Of a stretch of DNA of 64,000 nucleotides, positions 57,098 to 64,000 are shown piece by piece. Where the stretch lies: contig JAITVV010000053.1 in the NCBI GenBank assembly GCA_031285625.1, positions 1-64,000 of the forward strand, given 5' to 3'. Origin of the DNA: Prevotella sp. (GTDB lineage Bacteria; Bacteroidota; Bacteroidia; Bacteroidales; Dysgonomonadaceae). The notes under the pieces are model-generated. The model was not told where the DNA came from and did not search any database. It worked only from the letters and a program-made list of their open reading frames with translations. The first letter of the stretch is position 1. Each line of letters starts with the position of its first letter. The position numbers and the translations under genes were made by a program.

Positions 57098-59143
57098 TTA
57101 CCATAGGGGATTTTGGATCAGATTCGGATTTATATTTATCTCACCGCCAGGTATACTTTCGTAGTACGCTTTTTTCTCGAAAGTAAACTGCTTCCAGTCT
57201 GTAGTGTATTCACGGATAAAAATATATTTTCCTTCACTGAGTACAAAGTAAGGATAGAATGCGTGTGGGCGGAATTGCTGGAGGGCAAAGGAAAAACCTT
57301 TAGCTCCTGTTATAGGATCCACAGCATCACCACCATCGAGCCTCCTAAGCTGATCGGCCACTCTCCACCGACGGATATCAAACCAGCGATGGTTTTCTAT
57401 CAGCAATTCTCTGGCACGTTCTTCGCGTATGTATTCCAGGTTTTCATCTACTGTCTGGCCATTGATAATATATGTAGCTACCGGAGATGCCTTAGGAGTC
57501 CATGCAACGCCGCCGGCGCGGTTACGGATACGGACTATATTCTGGTAAGCCAGGTCTTTTTGTCCCAGTTCGTAAGCGGCTTCCGCTTCGTTCAGCAAGA
57601 TTTCGGCAAAGCGAAACACTTTCCATGGATGATAACATGTGTTTGCAGCAGCCATTGCTATGCTCAGTTTATAATCTACATATTTGCGCATAAAGGCGCC
57701 TGTAAGGCTGTTGTTCTCATTTCCGCCCCAGCAGCCATGAAAATCGGAAATCAACTTATCCGGGCTTTTTGACCAATCCCATGCTGTCTGATACGAATTA
57801 TTCGGGTCGAATGTCCATCGTTTACCTCCACCTACAGCACGGTTGGTCAGTGCATTTATACCGCTTGGAGCATTGATGTCTCCCTGTCCGGCATCGAGCA
57901 TTATTCCTGTATAGGTATTGTAAACACCTCTTTGTACTGCAAATTTGTTTCCGCGTAGTTCTTGTCCCGAGAAGAAGAAGTTGGCCCTCATACGTGGCTC
58001 GAAGTCGGTGGTTTGCCACAATTCTTCGCGCGTATTGAAGCGGCGCGGAGTACCGTCCGGATTTTCAAGTGGCAATTTCTGGTACAACTCCAATGTTTCT
58101 ACCGAAGGATACCATAGCGAGCCGGGCCACTGTGCCATACCGTCTATATTTCCGTTTTGATATTGCGGAGAAGCAGCACCATCGTAGCTGTGGTAAAGTT
58201 GTGCATCCTGATTCGCACTTTGGCTATATTGCTTTACAAAAATATCTTCTTTATTAATTGTCAGGAACAGGTCGACATAATTTTGCTCTTTCTGATCTCG
58301 CGGAAGATTTTCACCCACCAATTCATAAGGGCCTTCTTTCACCATTTTGCTACCTTTCAGCGATTCTTCGAAGAAATAGTTGGCCTTGTCTATAGGAATA
58401 CCTACCAAACCGGCTGCCGCGGCAGGGTCGGATGAAGCTGTAGTATAGTCTCCATACTTGGCAATGGTACCTGCATACAGCATGGCGCGTGACATCAGGG
58501 CAGCAGCTACATATTTATTGCCTCGTCCTATATCCGATTTGTCCGTCATGTTGGCCATAGCAAATTCCAGATCGTCGTGTATAAATTGCCATGTTTCCAA
58601 CTCGGTGGCACGGGGTACCATCAATTCTTCTCTAGGAGCTGTTGGATTCTGCACGGTGGTGACGATAGGTACGCCGCCATAACGCTTCGCTAATCCGAAG
58701 TAATAGAATGCTCTCAGGAAACGGGCTTCACCCATTAATTCATTATAAACCCCTTCTTCAAAATTAGCCTGAACAGTAGGTAGTGTCTCGATCACGGTAT
58801 TGACATAGCGTATACGGTCGTAGGGCCAATAATTGAATCCTCCGGCTTCGTCTACGTTACCCCGGCCGCCTACAAGTTCGCCGTTCACCGTACTCTGGTA
58901 ATCTTTTGGAATATCCCATTTGTTACCACCATTAAAACCATATCCGGGATCGTTTATTTTATAGTTGAAATCTTCGATAGGCAGCATCTGATAAGCAAGC
59001 ACAAAGTATGATTTAATACCTGCCTCACTTCCTAACAAAACGGAAGAATCCATTTGCCCTTTCGGTTCCAAATCCAAATCGCTACAGGAAGCCAGTACCA
59101 ACGCTGCCAGTCCTGAAAGTAATATGTATTTTATCTTTTTCAT
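57098..59143 (-). CDS. susD: SusD/RagB family lipoprotein
   Basis: Lipobox LASC; GEARFLRAFYYF..KRYGGVP, FRFAEILLNEAEA, ERARELLIENHRWFDIRRW, QNPLW. Confidence 0.94.
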   Translation of the reverse strand: MKKIKYILLSGLAALVLASCSDLDLEPKGQMDSSVLLGSEAGIKSYFVLAYQMLPIEDFNYKINDPGYGFNGGNKWDIPKDYQSTVNGELVGGRGNVDEAGGFNYWPYDRIRYVNTVIETLPTVQANFEEGVYNELMGEARFLRAFYYFGLAKRYGGVPIVTTVQNPTAPREELMVPRATELETWQFIHDDLEFAMANMTDKSDIGRGNKYVAAALMSRAMLYAGTIAKYGDYTTASSDPAAAAGLVGIPIDKANYFFEESLKGSKMVKEGPYELVGENLPRDQKEQNYVDLFLTINKEDIFVKQYSQSANQDAQLYHSYDGAASPQYQNGNIDGMAQWPGSLWYPSVETLELYQKLPLENPDGTPRRFNTREELWQTTDFEPRMRANFFFSGQELRGNKFAVQRGVYNTYTGIMLDAGQGDINAPSGINALTNRAVGGGKRWTFDPNNSYQTAWDWSKSPDKLISDFHGCWGGNENNSLTGAFMRKYVDYKLSIAMAAANTCYHPWKVFRFAEILLNEAEAAYELGQKDLAYQNIVRIRNRAGGVAWTPKASPVATYIINGQTVDENLEYIREERARELLIENHRWFDIRRWRVADQLRRLDGGDAVDPITGAKGFSFALQQFRPHAFYPYFVLSEGKYIFIREYTTDWKQFTFEKKAYYESIPGGEININPNLIQNPLW

Positions 59144-59157
59144 AATTATGAATCTCT

Positions 59158-62100
59158 TTAAAATTTAATAGTTGCACCAATGTTCCATGTACGGTTTAGA
59201 GGATATCGGTAATTACCTGTTACATCATTACTGTTTTTGTCAGTATTACCATCTATCGCACCACCCTGTCCTCCGGGATGTTCCGGATCCATGCCGTCCA
59301 AACCTGTGAAGGTAAGCAGGTTGTATCCACTCACATACACTCGCACATTTTTCGCTCCTACTTTTGATACTAATTTTTTAGGAAGGGTATATCCTATTTC
59401 CAAAGATTTCAAGCGCAGATAAGAAGCACTCTCGATGCGTGTCGATCCGTCAGGGTCATATTCGGCGCCTGTAGTAACCGGGAATTTTCCAGGTATCCAT
59501 TTAGAGTTTGGATCGTACATTTTAGACGGGTCTTCCGGATGCCATCTATCCCAGAATTTAATGTTTGTACCTCCATCATCCCATCCAAGAGGCTGGGCGT
59601 ACGTTTCAGTATATCTGTAATGTATACCGGCTGCTCCCTGGAAACTAGCATTCAGGTCGAAGCCTTTATAGGCCGCACCAATGTTGAATCCATAGTTGAA
59701 CAAAGGCATACCGAAAGTAGCCAGTGCCTGCATATCTTTGTCGTTGATTACACCGTCACCGTTCCAGTCTTGGTAATAGTAATCACCAGGGCGCATGCCA
59801 CCGCCTCCGCCGAGGCGATACGAGTCGAAATTATAGATTTGGTCGAAGCTTTGGAATTGTCCCAATGTCTTCCGTACAAACCAAATATCTTTGTAGCGAT
59901 TCGTATTATCTCTACGTTTCCAGTTCTCGAAAGAGTTACCTGCCGGGCCTTGATCCAGCTTGTTCCTCCATTCGTTGCGGGTAGCGAACATATTAGCACT
60001 GATATTGTATTCAAAACCACCTATATTATTGCGGTGATATATCGACATATCGTATCCGAAAGTACGGTCTGTGTTCATGTTTTCCTCAGGCATATCGGCA
60101 CCTACTGTTTTTGGGAGTGCCTCCGTTGATCTGCCTATAAGCCCGTCCCTGTTTCGTACATAGTATTCGAAGCTACCGCCCAACAGGCCGTTCCACATTT
60201 CTGCTTCGATACCTACATTGAGCATTTTGGCTGTATACCATGTGAGGTCGGGATTAGGTAATGAAGTCGGCTTCAATCCAGATTCCACGCCTCCGTTAGC
60301 ACCATATATCCAGGCTATTTCCTGAGCTATTTGATACGCTGCACTCACTGTCGGATAATTGGATGCGGCACCGTCATCTCCCATCACACCATACGAACCT
60401 TTCAATTTGAGGTTGTTGATAAACGACAGAGGCGATTCTTTGAAGAACGTTTCTTCGCTGATGCGCCAGCCTGCCGAAACCGAACCGAACATCCCCCATT
60501 GGGATTCTTTCGGGAACTTGGATGAACCATCATAACGCCCGGCAACTTCCAACAAGTATTTACCTGCATAGTCGTAGTTGAATTTACCTACAAAAGCCTG
60601 GCTCGATCTGTCCCAAGGAGAGCCTGAGTTCATAGAGCCTATTTGGCCGAGCGCGTCGCCGGCAAACAAGTATTCGGAATTCAACGACAAATATCTTTTC
60701 GCATAAAAGTTATCACCTGTGCTGTATCCGTCTTCGAAGAGTATCAAGGCAGCCACATTGTGCACGTTGTTGAATGTACGGTTGTAGTTCAATGAGAGCT
60801 GTAAGTTACGGTTTTCCCATTTCTCGTCCATTCGCTGGACTGATCGTTTCGATGGCGTACCACCGTCTCCCATTATAGCTCCTCCTGATTTATAGGTATC
60901 AGTGGCTTCATCATAATTATAGAGGCTATATCCTCTTTTTAGCCACCTGGAATCTTTGTCGCGGAAATCGTAATAGTACGAAGCCTTAGCTGATAATCCT
61001 TTGATGCCGGGAATGTCGTAAGTGAGAGACAACTGTCCGTTAAATTTACGGTTGATGTACTTATTTTCTCCTACATACTTGGAATCAGTGTTAGCCAAAG
61101 GATGTCCGTCTATCAAACGATTATATTTCTCACCGGGAGAGGCGTTCAGATAGTTCGGGTTATTATTGGCATACACGGGAACATGAGGTTGTTGTACAAA
61201 TACATTCTTATAAACGGTCCAAATATCTATACCAGGTTCTACCATATCATCCATGTATCCACCCAAAGAGACTGAAGCCTTGAGACGCTTGGTGATATTT
61301 ACATCGACATTGGAACGGAAATTCCAACGGTCGTAGTTCATGGAATTGCTCCTGAGGGCAGATTCCTGATCCATATAACCCAAGCTGAAGAAATAACGAA
61401 CCGTTTCGGAAGCGCCATTCATGGTGATATTATGTTGCTGCTGCATAGCATTATTCCTAAAGGTTGCTCCCAGCCAATCGGTTGTTTTGCGTGTACCATC
61501 CCGGTAGGGTTGGTAGTCTGCATCCGTAAACTGAGGCACTGTGTTACCTGTCAGTGTATTGAACCAGTTTCCGGCATATATTTTTTCATTTACTAGATCC
61601 ATATATTGTGTCGCATTTACATTATCGGGTACATACAAAAATTGCTGCCAACCGAAGTTCACTCCATATTCAATCTCAAAAGCTTTACCTCCGGTTGCCC
61701 CTCTTTTAGTGGTTACCAGTACAACACCGTTAGCCGAACGCAACCCGTAAATAGCGGCAGAGGCATCTTTCAGTATGGAAACACTTTCGATTTCGGAAGC
61801 ATCCATGCGTTGGAAGGTATCGTTGTCAGAAGGAACACCATCGATGATAATCAGCGGAGAGCCTAATCCGCGAATATCGAATTTGGACTCGAATGCTCCC
61901 GGACGGCTACTGGTCTGTGTTACACGTAATCCTGGCAGTTTACCGGCAAGCATGTTCACTACGTTTTCGTTCTTTGTTACTGTAATTTCCTTGCTTGCTA
62001 CACTTGATACCGAACCCGTTAGAGTAGCTCTCTTCTGTGTGCCGTATCCTACTACAACTACATCATCCAATTCGGTTAAGTTCTCTTGCAATGTAATTGT

Positions 62101-62418
62101 AAAATCGGTGTTGTTATCCACCGGAACTTCTTTTTTGATATATCCGATAAATGAAACTATCAGCTTATTGTTAGCAGAAGCTTCAATGTTGAATTTACCG
62201 TCAATATCAGTCAGGGTTCCCCGCTGAGTGCCACTGATAGTGATCGATGCCCCGGGTATAGGTTCTCCCTGAGTGTCTGTAACTGTACCTCTGACTGTCT
62301 TTGTCTGCGAGAATGCGATAAGAGGCATCATCAGGCAAAGTAAAAGAAGTCCGGTGTACCGCCATATAATATGGCTACGCTCTTTTTTTCTTTTAATTTC
62401 TTGGTTGTGATTTTCCAT
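59158..62418 (-). CDS. susC: SusC/RagA TonB-dependent transporter
   Basis: LDDVVVVGYGTQK, ISILKDASAAIYGLRSANGVVLVTTKRG-type plug motif, RYDGSSKF, C-terminal IKF. Confidence 0.95.
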   Translation of the reverse strand: MENHNQEIKRKKERSHIIWRYTGLLLLCLMMPLIAFSQTKTVRGTVTDTQGEPIPGASITISGTQRGTLTDIDGKFNIEASANNKLIVSFIGYIKKEVPVDNNTDFTITLQENLTELDDVVVVGYGTQKRATLTGSVSSVASKEITVTKNENVVNMLAGKLPGLRVTQTSSRPGAFESKFDIRGLGSPLIIIDGVPSDNDTFQRMDASEIESVSILKDASAAIYGLRSANGVVLVTTKRGATGGKAFEIEYGVNFGWQQFLYVPDNVNATQYMDLVNEKIYAGNWFNTLTGNTVPQFTDADYQPYRDGTRKTTDWLGATFRNNAMQQQHNITMNGASETVRYFFSLGYMDQESALRSNSMNYDRWNFRSNVDVNITKRLKASVSLGGYMDDMVEPGIDIWTVYKNVFVQQPHVPVYANNNPNYLNASPGEKYNRLIDGHPLANTDSKYVGENKYINRKFNGQLSLTYDIPGIKGLSAKASYYYDFRDKDSRWLKRGYSLYNYDEATDTYKSGGAIMGDGGTPSKRSVQRMDEKWENRNLQLSLNYNRTFNNVHNVAALILFEDGYSTGDNFYAKRYLSLNSEYLFAGDALGQIGSMNSGSPWDRSSQAFVGKFNYDYAGKYLLEVAGRYDGSSKFPKESQWGMFGSVSAGWRISEETFFKESPLSFINNLKLKGSYGVMGDDGAASNYPTVSAAYQIAQEIAWIYGANGGVESGLKPTSLPNPDLTWYTAKMLNVGIEAEMWNGLLGGSFEYYVRNRDGLIGRSTEALPKTVGADMPEENMNTDRTFGYDMSIYHRNNIGGFEYNISANMFATRNEWRNKLDQGPAGNSFENWKRRDNTNRYKDIWFVRKTLGQFQSFDQIYNFDSYRLGGGGGMRPGDYYYQDWNGDGVINDKDMQALATFGMPLFNYGFNIGAAYKGFDLNASFQGAAGIHYRYTETYAQPLGWDDGGTNIKFWDRWHPEDPSKMYDPNSKWIPGKFPVTTGAEYDPDGSTRIESASYLRLKSLEIGYTLPKKLVSKVGAKNVRVYVSGYNLLTFTGLDGMDPEHPGGQGGAIDGNTDKNSNDVTGNYRYPLNRTWNIGATIKF

Positions 62419-62669
62419 AATATACTTCTTAAATAAAGTAATTAATAATAAAATTTAAGTTTTGTGTGAATTGTCTTACCTGAATGTTTTATAGTATTAA
62501 TATTTCCAAATTCTATTCACACATCTCAATAGCATCTTATTCCTGTGAGTCAGGAAGAGTTAATAGGGTTCGTTTTCATGATTGATTATTGGTTAAATGG
62601 TAAATGTTTTTAGGTGTGTGTATTTTTAGCTAATGTATATAACATATATTAATAATTTTGTAAAAAAAT

Positions 62670-62689
62670 CATTAATAGGTTCATTAAAA
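62670..62689 (-). promoter_or_regulatory. putative PUL regulator site upstream of susC
   Basis: CATTAATAGGTTCATTAAAA, 17/20 identical to 45490-45509. Confidence 0.5.
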
Positions 62690-62784
62690 TTTCTATAATA
62701 TTGTCTTTTAAATCATTTATTAATGCGGTTTTTGCATTTTGAGAGGAAATAATGCTTTATCTGTATTTGGAATTATCTTTATTC

Positions 62785-62878
62785 TCTTTGTCATGCTGAG
62801 GAACGAAGGATCTTTCTTCATTATTCCATGAATAAGTGGAAGTGGGTCGGGATGCTTCCTTCGTCAGCATGACAAAGA
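62785..62878. repeat. REP-like element copy 9
   Basis: TCTTTGTCATGCTGAGGAACGAAGGATCT...GGATGCTTCCTTCGTCAGCATGACAAAGA. Confidence 0.8.
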
Positions 62879-62895
62879 CAGTATAACCTAATATC

Positions 62896-64000
62896 TTAAT
62901 TAATGAGACTTTTGTATTTAGTCATAAACTGTAAAGATTTGGAGCCCTCCTTAACTTTAAACCTGAATTGTTTCTCTTCACCCGGATCAAGCTCATAATG
63001 GCGGTCGTCTCCTGTTTTTATCCCGTCAATGAATAATGATAATTTACCTGTATCTGTTATGTTTCCGGTATTGGTAACCAGTACATTGGCTGCACCATCT
63101 TCTACCGTTACCACAGTGATTGCAAAATCGGCAGCAAACTCCATAGGGTAATAGATCTCTCCATTTACTCCGTCTTTGCTGTTCTCGAAGCCTACGCTGT
63201 CTTTTATTTTGTCAGCAGCAATATATGCCGGGCTTTTTCCTCCAACCATAATCTTGAATGTGCCTTTTTCAACTACACGGTCCATTTGGTCGTTCAGTAA
63301 CGATAATTGATAAGGAGTCAACATAAACGATACGGTTTTGGATTCTCCCGGATTCAGGTGTACACGGTCAAAGTCTTTCAGTTCCATTACACGTGTTTTT
63401 ACGCTGGCATACATATCTGTTACATATAATTGTGCAACTTCGTCTCCGGCTTTTGTACCGGTATTTGTTACTGTAGCTTGTACAGAAACATTCCCATATT
63501 TATCTATAGAAGTTTTCAGGTCTGAGTAGCTGAATGAAGTATAGCTTAATCCATATCCGAAGCGGTATAGAGGATAATAAGGCATATCTTCGTATTGATA
63601 GACACGTCCGGATGTTTTGAAGTTGTAATATAATGGTAGTTGTGCTACATCTCTGGGGAAGGTCATAGGAAGACGTCCGGCAGGATTATAATCTCCAAAG
63701 ATGACATCAGCGGTTGCATGCCCTCCTTCCTGGCCCGGTAGCCAGTTTACAAGAATTGCCTTGCAGTTCTTTGATGCATAAGTGAGGTTGTAGGGACGTC
63801 CGGCTTGGAGAACCAATATCACAGGCTTTCCTGTCTTGCATACGGCTTCTAATAGCTTTTGCTGATCGCCTGGTAATACTAATGTAGCATAATCATGGTT
63901 TTCACCCGATGTATTGCGGATACCTTTTAAGGCTTCGCTGGTAGAACAATCTCCCAGAACAAGAACTGCTACCTCTGCACTCATAGCTGCTTTTACAGCT
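62896..64000 (-). CDS. glycoside hydrolase family 3, C-terminal part (runs off the window end)
   Basis: WLPGQEGG, GDYNPAGRLP, PLYRFGYGLSYT, GDEVAQLY, ELKDF. Confidence 0.9.
   Translation of the reverse strand, partial: AVKAAMSAEVAVLVLGDCSTSEALKGIRNTSGENHDYATLVLPGDQQKLLEAVCKTGKPVILVLQAGRPYNLTYASKNCKAILVNWLPGQEGGHATADVIFGDYNPAGRLPMTFPRDVAQLPLYYNFKTSGRVYQYEDMPYYPLYRFGYGLSYTSFSYSDLKTSIDKYGNVSVQATVTNTGTKAGDEVAQLYVTDMYASVKTRVMELKDFDRVHLNPGESKTVSFMLTPYQLSLLNDQMDRVVEKGTFKIMVGGKSPAYIAADKIKDSVGFENSKDGVNGEIYYPMEFAADFAITVVTVEDGAANVLVTNTGNITDTGKLSLFIDGIKTGDDRHYELDPGEEKQFRFKVKEGSKSLQFMTKYKSLIN

Noticed and set aside
33458-62227. Long antisense ORFs (e.g. 33458..34147, 38647..39267, 40460..41074, 57113..57772, 59539..60129)
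   Set aside because: They are shadows on the opposite strand of well-supported genes, with no recognisable motifs.
62420-62660. Structured RNA in the long susC leader (small TTCCTG/CAGGAA hairpin near 62540)
   Set aside because: A single short stem with no recognisable riboswitch or sRNA features.
25426-62878. REP-like copies as a CRISPR array or integron attC sites
   Set aside because: Copies are dispersed singly between genes rather than in a repeat-spacer array. There are no cas genes, no integrase and no GTTRRRY cores.

Overview
This window is chromosomal DNA from a Bacteroidales bacterium (Dysgonomonas-like by gene content; TAnnTTTG promoters, SusC/SusD pairs). I found no rRNA, tRNA, CRISPR array, phage genes or transposase. 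Layout: (1) 0.5-4.2 kb is a TetR-controlled flavinylation operon (two DUF2271-type proteins with TGAT/SGAT motifs, a variant ApbE, and a beta-barrel) with a clear 18-bp operator. (2) 4.2-9.8 kb is a TonB receptor plus calcineurin-like phosphoesterase operon behind 11-bp-period, Pho-box-like repeats. (3) 10-15 kb holds a NigD-like lipoprotein, a nucleoside kinase, a beta-carbonic anhydrase and asnA. (4) 15.2-20.6 kb is an orphan susC/susD pair. Its long leader holds a (GA)21 microsatellite inside a leader ORF that crosses a terminator hairpin, and susC has an in-frame TAG just after its signal peptide. (5) 20.7-30.6 kb holds copper-related proteins, gcvP, an MBL hydrolase, an accessory block (M56-like remnant, ada, Rrf2/oxidoreductase) and rsmG. 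(6) 30.8-35.8 kb is a secreted vWA + SIMPL operon divergent from a TPR-histidine kinase/LytTR pair. (7) 36-64 kb is a large minus-strand polysaccharide utilization locus (SusC/D, DUF3823, GH92, GH43 x3, GH3 x3, GH31, GH35-like, GH71/99-like, SGNH esterase, beta-helix enzyme). Nine copies of a TGTCAT...ATGACA palindromic REP-like element occur from 25.4 kb onward, eight of them in or next to the PUL. All family calls come from reading motifs by eye, not from database searches.
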